From: Gemmatimonadales bacterium
GTDB lineage: Bacteria > Gemmatimonadota > Gemmatimonadetes > Gemmatimonadales > GWC2-71-9
DNA length: 64,000 nt
Assembly: GCA_040901965.1 (NCBI GenBank)
Contig: JBBDYB010000017.1
Span: 10,635-74,634, forward strand
Direction of reading: 5' to 3'
The first letter of the stretch is position 1. Each line of letters opens with the position of its first letter. The position numbers were made by a program, and so were the translations under genes. Of the stretch, positions 38,217 through 50,832 are shown piece by piece. The notes beneath the pieces are model-generated. The model was not told where the DNA came from and ran no database searches. It was given only the letters and a program-made list of their open reading frames with translations.

Positions 38217-38540
38217 ATGCGCATCACCATCACCGCCCGCCATGTTGAGATGGACGACGACTTGCGCGCGCACGCCAGTGACCTGGTGCAGAAGCTCGCC
38301 AAGCTCGCGAAGCGCGCGCACCACGCGCAGGTGATTTTCACCGAGGATCACGGCGAGGCGGGCGTGGAAATCCAGCTGCACGTGCCCCGCGGGCGCATTC
38401 ACGTCGGCAAGGCGGAGGCCTCCGATCATGCCTCCGCCCTCGATCTCGCGATCGCGCGCGTGAAGCGGCAGCTGCTCGACGAGAAGGAGGCGCCCCGTCC
38501 GCGGCGCCGGCCATCCTCCCAGGTGCGCGGGGTGCGGTGA
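38217..38540 (+). CDS. hpf: Ribosome hibernation factor HPF/RaiA family
   Basis: MRITITARHVE, ALDLAI.RV.RQL; upstream of hprK. Confidence 0.8.
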   Translation: MRITITARHVEMDDDLRAHASDLVQKLAKLAKRAHHAQVIFTEDHGEAGVEIQLHVPRGRIHVGKAEASDHASALDLAIARVKRQLLDEKEAPRPRRRPSSQVRGVR

Positions 38541-39541
38541 CCGAGTCTGCGGCGTCCCCGCTCCCGCCGCCGCCGCGGCTCAAGGTCCGGGACCTCCTGG
38601 CCAGGAAGGGCGACCCGTTGCAGCTCGAGCTGCTGACGGGCGACGTCGGGCTCGATCGCGAGATCCCCTCGCCCGAAGCGTCCAGCCCCGGCCTGGTCCT
38701 CGCCGGTTATACGGCGCGCTTCACCGGCACCGACCGGATCCACATTCTGGGCGAGACCGAAATCACGTATCTGGCCTCGCTCGACGCCAAGGCGCGCCGC
38801 AAGTCCATCGAAGCGTTTTTATCCTATCAGCTGCCGTGCGTGATCATCAGCAAGGGCCAACAGGCGCCGGAAGAGCTGGTGACGCTGGCGCGCGAGCAGG
38901 GCATTGCGGTGATTCGCACGCGCCTCAAGACGGCGGAGTTCTACCGCCGGCTGAAGCCGTTCCTCGACGACGCATTCGCGCCCCGGACCACGATCCACGG
39001 GTCGCTCGCCGACGTCTTTGGCGTCGGGCTGCTGTTCCGCGGCCGCTCGGGAATCGGGAAGAGCGAATGCGTGCTGGACCTGGTCGAGCGCGGCCACCGC
39101 CTCGTGGCCGACGACGTCGTGCACATCACGCGGCGCGGCAACGACGTGCTCATCGGCCGTGGGCACGAGATCTCGCGTCACTACATGGAAATCCGCGGCG
39201 TGGGCCTGATCGATATCAACGCCCTGTTCGGCATCCGCTCCGTGCGCCAGCAGAAGCGCATCGAGGTCGTCGTGCAGCTCGAGGATTGGGACAACACGCG
39301 CGAGTACGACCGCACCGGGCTCGACGGCCAGGAGACCGAGCTGCTCGGTGTCTCGTTGCCGCTCGTCACCGTGCCGCTGAACCCCGGCAAGAACCTCACG
39401 GTGGTGTGCGAAGTCGTCGCCATGAACCACCTGCTGCGCTACAGCGGCGTCGATTCCGCGAATGCGTTCAACGAGCGGCTCATTCGCCGCATGCGCGAGA
39501 AGGGCGAGCTGCAGCGGTATCTGGAGGAGGACTATGAGTGA
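38537..39541 (+). CDS. hprK: HPr kinase/phosphorylase
   Basis: HG, GRSGIGKSE, LVADD, MEIRGVG. Confidence 0.96.
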   Translation: MTESAASPLPPPPRLKVRDLLARKGDPLQLELLTGDVGLDREIPSPEASSPGLVLAGYTARFTGTDRIHILGETEITYLASLDAKARRKSIEAFLSYQLPCVIISKGQQAPEELVTLAREQGIAVIRTRLKTAEFYRRLKPFLDDAFAPRTTIHGSLADVFGVGLLFRGRSGIGKSECVLDLVERGHRLVADDVVHITRRGNDVLIGRGHEISRHYMEIRGVGLIDINALFGIRSVRQQKRIEVVVQLEDWDNTREYDRTGLDGQETELLGVSLPLVTVPLNPGKNLTVVCEVVAMNHLLRYSGVDSANAFNERLIRRMREKGELQRYLEEDYE

Positions 39542-39929
39542 TTCTCGTCCGAACGGATCGCTGTTGGGAGTGATCGTGTCGCATGCGGCCGTCGCGCAGG
39601 CGCTCGTCGCCGCCGTAGCGGCGATCACGGGGATCGAGGGCGTTCTCGTCCCCGTGTCGAACGAAGGCTGCGGCACCGAGGCGCTGGCCGAGCGACTGCG
39701 CCAGGCGGTGGGGAAGGGGCCCGCGGTGCTGTTCGTGGACCTCCCGGGCGGCTCCTGCCTCACCAGCTCGGCGCGCTACGCCAAGCAGCACGCCGACGTC
39801 GCCGTCGTCACCGGGGTCAATCTCGCCATGCTGCTCGACTTCGTCTTCCACCGCGACATCCCCCCGGCGGACGCCGCGCGGCGTGCCGTCGAAGCGGGCG
39901 GCAAAGCTATCCGCGTCACCGGCGCATGA
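39534..39929 (+). CDS. PTS mannose-type EIIA
   Basis: IVSH, VDLPGGS, TGVNLAML. Confidence 0.85.
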   Translation: MSDSRPNGSLLGVIVSHAAVAQALVAAVAAITGIEGVLVPVSNEGCGTEALAERLRQAVGKGPAVLFVDLPGGSCLTSSARYAKQHADVAVVTGVNLAMLLDFVFHRDIPPADAARRAVEAGGKAIRVTGA

Positions 39930-40399
39930 GCCTCGCGCTTTACCGCATCGACGACCGCCTCATTCACGGCCAGGTGGTCGTGGGTTGGGGGCAGCCGCTC
40001 GATTGCTCCTTCATCGTCCTCGTGGACGACGAGGTGCGCGGGAGCGACTGGGAGCAGGACCTCTACCGCATGGGCGTGCCGCCGCACATCGAGGTGGTCT
40101 TTGCATCGGTGGATGAAGCGGCGGAAAAGATGGCGGTGTGGGAAGCGGATCAACGGGTCGGGATCCTGCTCGTCGGCGATATCGATACCGCGGCGGCGCT
40201 CGCCACGCGTGCCAATCAGGTCAAGCGCATCAACGTCGGGGGCATCCACCACCGCGCCGGCCGCAGCGAGCGGCTGCGATACGTCTACCTGACCGATGAC
40301 GAGGCGGCCAAGCTGCGCCAGCTGGCGGCGCGCGGCATCGACGTGAGCGCCCAGGACGTGCCCTCGGCCCGTGCCGTGCCGGTGGGGGAGTTCACGTGA
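39926..40399 (+). CDS. PTS mannose-type EIIB
   Basis: RIDDRLIHGQV, INVGG. Confidence 0.93.
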   Translation: MSLALYRIDDRLIHGQVVVGWGQPLDCSFIVLVDDEVRGSDWEQDLYRMGVPPHIEVVFASVDEAAEKMAVWEADQRVGILLVGDIDTAAALATRANQVKRINVGGIHHRAGRSERLRYVYLTDDEAAKLRQLAARGIDVSAQDVPSARAVPVGEFT

Positions 40400-41082
40400 G
40401 CCTGCCCATCGAGGTCGCGATCGCGCTGCTCGTCTGGGGCACGTTGGTCGGCGTGGATCTGGTGAGCCTGCCGCAGATGATGATCGCCCGGCCCCTCGTC
40501 GCCGGAACCGTGGCCGGGGCCATTCTCGGGGACATCGAAACCGGGCTCAAGCTCGGCGTCGTCTTCGAGCTGCTGCAGTACGACATCCTCCCCGTCGGCG
40601 CCGTGCGCTATCCCGAGTACGGCCCCGCGACCGTCGCCGCCGTCGCCACGGCGCACGCGTCGGCCGGCGTGCTGGGATTGGGCTTGGGCGCACTGGTCGG
40701 CCTCGTCACGGGCCTCATCGGGGGCATCTCGATTCATGTGCTGCGGCGCTGGACGTCGAGCATCGTGCACGCGGCTGCCGCGACGCTCGAATCCGGGGAC
40801 GCCCGTGCGCTGGTACGCCTGCATGTCGGCGCCATGCTGCGCGACGGGCTGCGCGCCGCGCTGGTCACCGCCGTGGGCTTGTGCCTCGCATGGCTGGCGC
40901 GGCCGTTGCTCGGCGGCGCGCTGTCGCCCCGCGACGCCACGCTCCTCGCCGTGGCGGCGGTCGCGGCCGCGCTGGCGGCGGGAGCCGCGGGTACGCTGCG
41001 GCTCGTGGGCCGGGGTCGCAATCTCGCGTGGTTTGCCGCGGGGCTGGGCGGCGGAATCGGGGTGGCAGCATGGCTGCCGTGA
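40396..41082 (+). CDS. PTS mannose-type EIIC
   Basis: RPLVAG..G..GD...GL, PVGA; TM helices. Confidence 0.85.
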   Translation: MSLPIEVAIALLVWGTLVGVDLVSLPQMMIARPLVAGTVAGAILGDIETGLKLGVVFELLQYDILPVGAVRYPEYGPATVAAVATAHASAGVLGLGLGALVGLVTGLIGGISIHVLRRWTSSIVHAAAATLESGDARALVRLHVGAMLRDGLRAALVTAVGLCLAWLARPLLGGALSPRDATLLAVAAVAAALAAGAAGTLRLVGRGRNLAWFAAGLGGGIGVAAWLP

Positions 41083-41810
41083 GATTCCCGCTTGCCCGCG
41101 CGCTCCTGCGGCTGTTCGCGGTGCAGGGCTCCTACAACTACGAGCGGATGCTCGGCGTAGGCGTCGGGGTCGCCGAGGAGCCGTTGCTGCGGGACCTCGC
41201 GGACGGCCGGTATGGCCCAGCCGTCGCGCGTGGCGCGCATTTCTTCAATGCGCATCCGTACTTGATCGGCCTGGCGGTCGGCGCCGCCGCGCGCGCCGAG
41301 CACGAGGGTGCGACGCCCGACCAGGTCGAGCGGCTGCGGGAGGCGCTGTGCGGCCCCCTCGGCTCGCTCGGCGACCGCCTCGTATGGGCGGGATGGTTGC
41401 CGTTCCTCTCCGGGCTGACGCTCGCTGCCGTCGCGCTCGGCGCCAGGTGGTGGGCCGTCGCGGCATTCCTCGTCGTGTACAACGTCGGCCACGTCGCGCT
41501 CCGCTGGTGGGCCCTGCGGGCCGGGTGGGCGTACGGCACCCGGGTGGGGGTAGCGCTCCACAGTCCGGTCCTTCAGAAGGCCGCGGCGGTCCTCGGCCCC
41601 GCGATGGCCTGTGCGGTCGGCGCCGCCTTGCCGCTCACCGCGGAGTACCTCGCGGCGCCGTTCGCGGCGACGTGGGCCCGCGTGGCGCTGGCGGTGGCCG
41701 CCGCGCTCGGCTTCCTCGCGCTGCGGTGGCGCGCCGGCCGCCTGACCGGCCTGCAGCTCGGCCTCGGCCTCTCGGCCGCCGCGCTGGCTGTGGGATGGCT
41801 ATGGCCGTGA
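41070..41810 (+). CDS. PTS mannose-type EIID
   Basis: QGSYNYERM, FFNAHP, GPLGSLGD. Confidence 0.9.
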   Translation: MAAVRFPLARALLRLFAVQGSYNYERMLGVGVGVAEEPLLRDLADGRYGPAVARGAHFFNAHPYLIGLAVGAAARAEHEGATPDQVERLREALCGPLGSLGDRLVWAGWLPFLSGLTLAAVALGARWWAVAAFLVVYNVGHVALRWWALRAGWAYGTRVGVALHSPVLQKAAAVLGPAMACAVGAALPLTAEYLAAPFAATWARVALAVAAALGFLALRWRAGRLTGLQLGLGLSAAALAVGWLWP

Positions 41811-42106
41811 TCGAGCGCGAGGCCCGGATCGTGAACCCGCTGGGGATGCATGTCCGCCCGGGGGCGGAGTTCGTCAAGGTCGCGAACCGCTTCAAGTCCG
41901 CGGTCGAAGTCCGCAAGGACGACGCCGTCGTCAATGGCAAGAGCATCCTGGGGATGATGACGCTCGCCGCCGAGTGCGGCTCGTCGATCCTGATCAAGAC
42001 CAACGGCGACGACGCGGAGGAAGCGATGGCCGCGCTGCTGGCGCTCGTCGCGGACGGCTTCCACGAGATGCACCTGAAGATGGACGCGAAGGAAGGGGAC
42101 GCGTGA
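41801..42106 (+). CDS. ptsH: Phosphocarrier HPr
   Basis: GMHVRP (His15), GKSILG (Ser46). Confidence 0.93.
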   Translation: MAVIEREARIVNPLGMHVRPGAEFVKVANRFKSAVEVRKDDAVVNGKSILGMMTLAAECGSSILIKTNGDDAEEAMAALLALVADGFHEMHLKMDAKEGDA

Positions 42107-43905
42107 GCGACCGGCTGCTCAAGGGCATCGGCGTCTCGCCCGGCATCGCGATGGGGCCCGCGGTGGTCGTGCGGTGGGCGCTCCCGGAGGTGCCACATCG
42201 CGTGGTGCCGCGCACGCACGTCGAGAAGGAAGTGCGCCGTCTCCGCGCGGCCCTCAAGGACGTCAAGCGGCAACTCACCGAGTTGCGCGCCCATGCGGAA
42301 GACCGGGCCGGGGTGGACGAGGCGCGCATCTTCGACGCGCAGATCCTGATGCTCGAGGACAAGGAATTCATCGGCGGCGTCGCCGAGCTGATCCGCGAGA
42401 ACCATCTCACGGCCGAGAAGGCGTTCGAGTTCAAGACGCTGGAAGTGCGCGACCTGTGGACCGCCGCGGGGAATCCGCTCCTCAAGGAACGGCTGGCGGA
42501 CATGACGGGCGTGGCGATCCGCGTGATCCGCCACCTGATGCACCGCGGCGGCGATGACGTGTGGGAGGGAATCTCCGACCCCTCGGTCCTCGTGGCCCGG
42601 GAGCTGTCGCCGGGACTGACGGTCCAGCTCGATCGCGAGCACGTCGTCGGTTTGATCAGCGAGGAAGGCACGCGCACCTCGCACGCCGCGATTCTCGCGC
42701 ACTCGATCGGGATCCCCGCCATCTTCGGCCTGCGGGGCGCCATCGCGCGCATCGCCCCGGGCACGAACCTGATCCTCGACGGCACGCGCGGCACGGTGCT
42801 CCTCGACCCGACCCCTGACGAAGTCGCGGCAGCGGAGCGGACGGACGCGCGGCGGCGCGAGCTGGCGGCCCACCTGGAGAAAGCGGTGGCGCAGCCGTCG
42901 CTCACGCTCGATGGCGTGCACGTCGCGCTGCGGGGCAACGTGGACCTCCCCGACGAGGTCGAGGCGGCAAAGGCCCACGGCGCCGAGGGCGTGGGACTCC
43001 TCAGGACCGAATTCCTGATCACCGGACACAGCGTGCTCCCGTCCGAGGACGAGCAGGCGGCGTACTACCGCCACGTCGGCGAGGCATTTCCTGGTGATCC
43101 GGTGGTGATCCGGACGTACGACCTCGGGGGGGACAAGTTCCCCGCGCCCTTCCGCGGCCCCGCGGAAGCGAACCCGTTCCTCGGCTGGCGCGCGATCCGC
43201 GTCTGCCTCGACGAGCCCGAGATGTTCCGCACCCAGATCCGCGCCGTGCTGCGCGCGGCCGTGACCGCGAACCTGCAGCTCATGATCCCGCTCGTCACGC
43301 GGCTCGACGAAGTCGAGCGCACGCGCGAAATGGTGGGCGAGGAAGCCGCCCGCCTCGAGCGCGCGGGCGTGGCGGCGGCCAAGACGGTGCCCATTGGCGT
43401 GATGGTCGAGACGCCCGCCGCGGCCGTCATGGCCGACCGGCTCGCGGAAATCAGCGATTTCCTCAGTGTGGGAACGAACGATCTCACGCAGTACACGCTC
43501 GTGGTGGACCGCGGCAACGCGCGCCTCGCCGACCGCTTCACGCCGCACGACCCGAGCGTGCTGCGGCTCCTCAAGCTGGTCGCGGAGGCGGCGCGCGCGG
43601 CGGGCAAACCCGCGAGCGTGTGCGGCGAGATGGCGTCCGAGCCGCTGTCGGCGTTCCTGCTGGTCGGCCTCGGCTACGAGACGCTGTCGGTCGCGCCGCC
43701 GGCGCTGCCGCTCATCAAATGGCTGATCCGCCAGGTCAGCACCGCGCAGGCCCGCGCCGCCGCCGACGCCGCGCTCGCGGCGCGCTCGGCGGAGCTGGCA
43801 CTCGATATTCTGCGCTTCGCGCTCGCCGAAGCGGTGGATCTTTCACTCCTCGATCCCGACGCGCGGTTGCCCGCCGGGCGGCGCTCGGGTAGTTTGAAAC
43901 TCTAA
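42103..43905 (+). CDS. ptsI: PTS enzyme I
   Basis: [44 protein letters not shown]. Confidence 0.96.
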   Translation: MSDRLLKGIGVSPGIAMGPAVVVRWALPEVPHRVVPRTHVEKEVRRLRAALKDVKRQLTELRAHAEDRAGVDEARIFDAQILMLEDKEFIGGVAELIRENHLTAEKAFEFKTLEVRDLWTAAGNPLLKERLADMTGVAIRVIRHLMHRGGDDVWEGISDPSVLVARELSPGLTVQLDREHVVGLISEEGTRTSHAAILAHSIGIPAIFGLRGAIARIAPGTNLILDGTRGTVLLDPTPDEVAAAERTDARRRELAAHLEKAVAQPSLTLDGVHVALRGNVDLPDEVEAAKAHGAEGVGLLRTEFLITGHSVLPSEDEQAAYYRHVGEAFPGDPVVIRTYDLGGDKFPAPFRGPAEANPFLGWRAIRVCLDEPEMFRTQIRAVLRAAVTANLQLMIPLVTRLDEVERTREMVGEEAARLERAGVAAAKTVPIGVMVETPAAAVMADRLAEISDFLSVGTNDLTQYTLVVDRGNARLADRFTPHDPSVLRLLKLVAEAARAAGKPASVCGEMASEPLSAFLLVGLGYETLSVAPPALPLIKWLIRQVSTAQARAAADAALAARSAELALDILRFALAEAVDLSLLDPDARLPAGRRSGSLKL

Positions 43906-43924
43906 CGACCCCAACGACCAAACT

Positions 43925-46473
<2,549 letters not shown>

Positions 46474-46493
46474 TGGGAGGGACCGGCGGAGCG

Positions 46494-46994
46494 ATGCTGC
46501 AGGTGCGGGTCGCCCATCTGGGGCTGGACCGCACCACCAACACGCCGGTGGTGATTCTCCAGGAACAGGAAGGCGAGCGGGTGCTGCCGATCTGGATCGG
46601 GCCCGCGGAAGCGAGCGCCATCGCGATGGAGCTGGCGGGCGTCAAATTCTCGCGCCCGCTGACGCACGACCTCTTGAAGCAGGTCATCGTCGGGCTGGGC
46701 GCCGAGCTGCGCAAGGTCATCATCTCGCAGGTGAAAGACAACACGTACTTTGCCGAGCTCCACATCTATCGCGGCGATACGATCATTCAGGTGGACGCCC
46801 GCCCGTCGGACTCGATCGCGCTGGCGCTGCGGCTGAAGGCGCCGATCCTGACGAGCGAAACCCTGCTCGAGCTGACCTCCGTGGACACCGGAGAGGGCGG
46901 GATCCAGCCCGGCGCCGGTCCGCTCGACCCCGACTCCCTCAAGTCCTACCTCCAGAACCTCGATCCTGAAGATTTCGGCAAGTTTACTCCGTAG
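46494..46994 (+). CDS. Bifunctional nuclease (DUF151) family protein
   Basis: LPIWIG..EA, RPLTHDL, DARPSDSIALA. Confidence 0.92.
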   Translation: MLQVRVAHLGLDRTTNTPVVILQEQEGERVLPIWIGPAEASAIAMELAGVKFSRPLTHDLLKQVIVGLGAELRKVIISQVKDNTYFAELHIYRGDTIIQVDARPSDSIALALRLKAPILTSETLLELTSVDTGEGGIQPGAGPLDPDSLKSYLQNLDPEDFGKFTP

Positions 46995-47940
46995 CCTCCT
47001 GATCGTCTCGCTCGGCGCCCCGCTCGCGCTTGCCGCACAGACGGTCAGCGTGAGCGGACGAGTGCTGCGCGGCGGACGCGACACCGTCCCGCTGCCGAAT
47101 GCGTGGGTGGTTCTGCACCGTGTGACGCGGGAGGGGGGTGGGCCGCTGGACTCGGTGCGCACCGATGCCCGCGGACGCTACCGGATCCCGCTGCGCGTAG
47201 ACGATACGACCGAGGTCTACGTTGTGAGCGCGTGGTATGACAGCCTCGCCTATTTCTCGCTGCCGCTCAACGTCGTCGGCCGTCCCGCGGTCCACGTCGA
47301 AGACATCGTCGCTTTCCCGACCATGACGACCGGACCGCCGATTCGCCTCGCGCGGCGGCTCGTCACGATCGCGCGGCCGGGCCCCGATGGGACGCGCGAG
47401 GTGCTGGAGATCCTCGAGCTCGAGAACACCGGCTACACGACGCGGATCACGAAGGACACGCTCGTGCCCACCTGGGCAGGACGTGTGCCCGACGTCGCCG
47501 GCCAATTCCAGGCCGGGCAGGGCGATATCTCCCCCGAGGCGATCGTCTTCCGCAACGACAGCGTGCACGTCCTGGGGCCGATCCCGCCGGGACCGCCGAA
47601 GCAGCTCAGCTACGGCTACTCGCTTCCCGCGAGCGCGCGCACGCTGGTGCTGCCGATCGATCAACCCACGGTCGAGCTGAATCTGCTGATCGAGGATACG
47701 GCCGCGGTCGTGACGGTCCCCCCCCCCGGGGTAGAGTCGCTCGGCGTTCAGGAAATCGAGCAGCGACGCTTCGCGGCATATCGCGCGGGGCCGCTCGCGG
47801 CCGGAGACCGAGTCGAGATCACGCTGCCGCGCGGCGCGTTCCGCGCGCAGATGGTCCTCCCGTACCTGATCGCGGTGCTCGCCATGGTGATGGTGGCAGC
47901 GCTGGTTTGGGCCTTGCGAAAGAGGCCCGCGGCAGCCTAG
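46966..47940 (+). CDS. Exported protein with Ig-like/carboxypeptidase-regulatory domain and C-terminal TM anchor
   Basis: VSGRV, TDARGRY; the signal peptide is complete only from CTG 46966 (first canonical start is GTG 47050). Confidence 0.7.
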   Translation: MKISASLLRSLLIVSLGAPLALAAQTVSVSGRVLRGGRDTVPLPNAWVVLHRVTREGGGPLDSVRTDARGRYRIPLRVDDTTEVYVVSAWYDSLAYFSLPLNVVGRPAVHVEDIVAFPTMTTGPPIRLARRLVTIARPGPDGTREVLEILELENTGYTTRITKDTLVPTWAGRVPDVAGQFQAGQGDISPEAIVFRNDSVHVLGPIPPGPPKQLSYGYSLPASARTLVLPIDQPTVELNLLIEDTAAVVTVPPPGVESLGVQEIEQRRFAAYRAGPLAAGDRVEITLPRGAFRAQMVLPYLIAVLAMVMVAALVWALRKRPAAA

Positions 47941-47955
47941 ACTAGTTTCCAGTTT

Positions 47956-48137
47956 CGCGAACGGGGATCTACGGAAGCCGGTGCAAGTCCGGCGCGGCCC
48001 CGCCACTGTAACGGGCATCGATGTTGATGTAGGGGCACAGCATGCTGTGCCCCTACACGCCGACGGTTGGGCCACTAGGTCTGATCCTGGGAAGGCCACC
48101 GCCGTTCGCCCGAAGCCAGGAGACGTCTTCGTTCGCG
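47956..48137 (+). ncRNA. Cobalamin riboswitch
   Basis: GGAAgccGGTGcAAgTCCggc..CCCCGCCACTGTA, GCCACT..GGGAAGGC, B12 box AGCCAGGAGAC; closing stem 47956-67/48126-37; upstream of btu genes. Confidence 0.9.
48028..48057. repeat. GTAG-type REP palindrome inside the riboswitch
   Basis: Perfect 30-bp palindrome TGTAGGGGCACAGCATGCTGTGCCCCTACA. Confidence 0.85.
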
Positions 48138-48180
48138 CCACCGGTTGGTTCCCTCGCGGGAGGGATGGTGGGCGCGTTCG

Positions 48181-48212
48181 CCCATCTCCATTTCCCAGGA
48201 GGTGGGTTTTTT
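48181..48212 (+). terminator. Riboswitch expression-platform terminator / SD sequester
   Basis: CCCATCTCC-loop-GGAGGTGGG plus T6, just before the ATG at 48216. Confidence 0.75.
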
Positions 48213-48215
48213 CGT

Positions 48216-49088
48216 ATGCGCCGCCTGCTGCTGTGGTCATTGCTCCTGGTCGCCTGCCGGCCATCGGGCCGTCCGGCTGCCGGGCCGGCGCTGACGGACG
48301 CCGCAGGCCGAACCGTCCCTCTCGCTCCGCCCGCCCGCCGCATCGTGTCGCTGCTGCCGTCATTTACCGAGATTCTGTTCGCGATCGGCGCGGGCGATCA
48401 CCTCGTGGGACGGACCGCCTGGTGCGACTATCCACCCGCCGCGCGGGCCGTGCCGAGTGTCGGCGACGGCATGCCGCCGAACGTCGAGGCGGTTGCCGCG
48501 CGGAAGCCCGATCTCGTCGTGCTGTACCACTCCGGCCCCAACGTCACGGCCGCGGGACAGCTTGCGCGTCTCGGGATTCCCGGGGTGCTGCTCGACTTGA
48601 ACCGGCTGGAGGACCTCGCCCCCGCGGCCCGCGCGCTCGGCCGCTTGACCGGGCGCGAAGCGGCGGCGGAGTCGCTGGCGGCAGCGATGGACAGCCTTGC
48701 GGCACGGCCGCCGCCGCCCCCGTTCACGTCCATCGTGTTCGTCGTCTGGGACAATCCGCCGATCATCATCGGGCGCGGCAGCTACCTCCATCAGCTCGCG
48801 GCGCTCGCCGGGGCGCGCAACGTCTTCGACGACGTCACGGTGCCGTCCGCGCAGGTCTCCCTCGAGACGATTGCCGCGCGGAACCCCGAATGGGTAGCCG
48901 TGCTGTCAGACTCCGCCGCACCGCCGGCCTTCGCCGCGCGCCGTGAGTGGCGAGCGGTGCGCGCCGTGCGCGACCGCCGGTTCCTGCTGCTCGCGGGGTC
49001 TCTGTTCGGCCGGCCGGGACCGCGCTCGTCCCAGGCGGTCGCCGAGCTGCGGGCCCGGCTCGAGGGACGAGGGGTGGCCCCGCGATGA
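48216..49088 (+). CDS. btuF: Cobalamin ABC transporter substrate-binding lipoprotein
   Basis: Lipobox LVAC, RIVSLLPS.TE, CDYP, RPGPR; riboswitch context. Confidence 0.85.
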   Translation: MRRLLLWSLLLVACRPSGRPAAGPALTDAAGRTVPLAPPARRIVSLLPSFTEILFAIGAGDHLVGRTAWCDYPPAARAVPSVGDGMPPNVEAVAARKPDLVVLYHSGPNVTAAGQLARLGIPGVLLDLNRLEDLAPAARALGRLTGREAAAESLAAAMDSLAARPPPPPFTSIVFVVWDNPPIIIGRGSYLHQLAALAGARNVFDDVTVPSAQVSLETIAARNPEWVAVLSDSAAPPAFAARREWRAVRAVRDRRFLLLAGSLFGRPGPRSSQAVAELRARLEGRGVAPR

Positions 49089-50026
49089 GGTGGATGCTGC
49101 TCGGCACGGTGGCCGTGCTCGCGCTCCTCGCGAGCGTGGTGCTGGGACCGGCGGCGGTGCCGCTCAGCGAGCTCGGCCGCTCCGACATCGTCTGGAACCT
49201 GCGCGCCCCACGCGCAGTGCTCGCCTTCCTCGTGGGCGGGTCGCTAGGCGTCGCCGGCGCCGGACTGCAAGCGCTGGTCCGCAACCCGTTGGCAGATCCC
49301 TTCCTGCTGGGCCTATCGGGTGGGGCGGGGTTGGGTGCGGTGATCGCACTCGCGCTCCATCTCACGGGTCCCTGGGTCCTGCCGCTCGCGGCGTTTGCCG
49401 GCGCGCTCGCCGCGCTTGGCCTCGTGTACCGGATGGGACTCGTCGGGGGCGCCGCGCTCGACCCTCGCATCCTGCTGCTCGGCGGCGTGGCGGTGGGCGC
49501 CTTCGCCGCCGCGATCACGACGGCGATCGTGTCGCTCGCGGACGCCGCGGAGCTCCGCAACGCCTTTCTCTGGCTGTGGGGCGGACTCTCGGCAGCATCC
49601 TGGGATTCCGTGCTGCTGCTGGTCCTCTACGCCCCCGTCCCGCTCGCGGTCCTGCTCGCCGCCGCGCGCCCGCTCGATCTGCTCGCGTTAGGCGAAGAGC
49701 CGGCACGCTACCTGGGCGCGGACGTGGAAGCGGTGAAGCGACGCGTCTATCTCGCGGCCTCCCTCCTCACCGCCGCCGCCGTCGCCGTCTCCGGCGTGAT
49801 CGGTTTCGTCGGCCTCGTCGTCCCGCACATTGCCCGGCTTGCCTGGGGCCACCGCCACCGGTCACTCCTGCCCGCGGCGTTCATCGGAGGCGGCGCGCTG
49901 CTCGCCATCGCGGATACGCTCGCCCGCACCGTCGTGGCGCCGCGCGAGCTTCCCGTGGGCGTCGTGACGGCACTGATCGGTGTGCCGGTGTTTGCGCTGC
50001 TGTTGCGACGCTGGACGATCGCATGA
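49085..50026 (+). CDS. btuC: Cobalamin ABC transporter permease (FecCD family)
   Basis: RNPLADP..LG, GEE.A..LG, IGFVGLVVPH. Confidence 0.88.
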   Translation: MRWMLLGTVAVLALLASVVLGPAAVPLSELGRSDIVWNLRAPRAVLAFLVGGSLGVAGAGLQALVRNPLADPFLLGLSGGAGLGAVIALALHLTGPWVLPLAAFAGALAALGLVYRMGLVGGAALDPRILLLGGVAVGAFAAAITTAIVSLADAAELRNAFLWLWGGLSAASWDSVLLLVLYAPVPLAVLLAAARPLDLLALGEEPARYLGADVEAVKRRVYLAASLLTAAAVAVSGVIGFVGLVVPHIARLAWGHRHRSLLPAAFIGGGALLAIADTLARTVVAPRELPVGVVTALIGVPVFALLLRRWTIA

Positions 50027-50832
50027 GCGCGGCGTCACCGATTCTGCGCATGCGCGACGTGCGCTACCGCTATCCCGGCGCGTCCCAGGATGCGCTGGCC
50101 GGCGTGTCACTCACGGTGGGACCGGGGGAGTTCCACGCGGTCCTCGGGCCGAACGGCAGCGGCAAGACGACGCTGGTCCGGCTGGCGCTGGGGGCCCTCA
50201 TCCCGGCCGGTGGGACATCAGAAATCCTGGAACGCCCGGCCCGCGCATGGCCGCGTCAAGAGCTGGCGCGCGTCGTGGGGGTCGTGCCGCAGCGCGAGGA
50301 CAATCTGTTTCCTCAGCGGGTGCGTGAGACGGTACTCCTCGGTCGGTACCCGCACCTCTCGTTGTGGGGAAAAGAGCGGCCCGAGGACCACGCCGCAATC
50401 GAGCGCGCGCTCGCGGCCTGCGACGCGACGCAGCTCGCCGATCGCTGGGTGTGGACGCTCTCGGGCGGCGAGTATCAACGCGTCCGCGTGGCCCGAGCGC
50501 TGGCCCAGGAGCCGCGCCTGCTCGTGCTCGACGAACCCGCCGTCTCGCTCGACCTGCGCCACGAGATGGCGCTGTTCGAGCTGGTGCGCGGGCTGGTCGA
50601 CCGGGTGGGATTGGGCGTCTTGATGATCACGCACGACTTGAATCTCGCCGCCCGCTACGCCGACACGGTGCTGCTGCTGTCGGAAGGACGGCCGGTGGCC
50701 GCCGGCGCGCCTGCCGACGTCCTCACCCGCGAAACCGTGGAGCGTGTCTTTTCCTGGCCCGTCACCATGCAGTCAGTGGACGGCCGTCCCCAAATGGTGC
50801 CTCTCCGTCAACCGAAGGAGCCCGTCGCATGA
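50023..50832 (+). CDS. btuD: Cobalamin ABC transporter ATPase
   Basis: GPNGSGKT, LSGGE.QR, LDEP, HDLNLA. Confidence 0.88.
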   Translation: MSAASPILRMRDVRYRYPGASQDALAGVSLTVGPGEFHAVLGPNGSGKTTLVRLALGALIPAGGTSEILERPARAWPRQELARVVGVVPQREDNLFPQRVRETVLLGRYPHLSLWGKERPEDHAAIERALAACDATQLADRWVWTLSGGEYQRVRVARALAQEPRLLVLDEPAVSLDLRHEMALFELVRGLVDRVGLGVLMITHDLNLAARYADTVLLLSEGRPVAAGAPADVLTRETVERVFSWPVTMQSVDGRPQMVPLRQPKEPVA

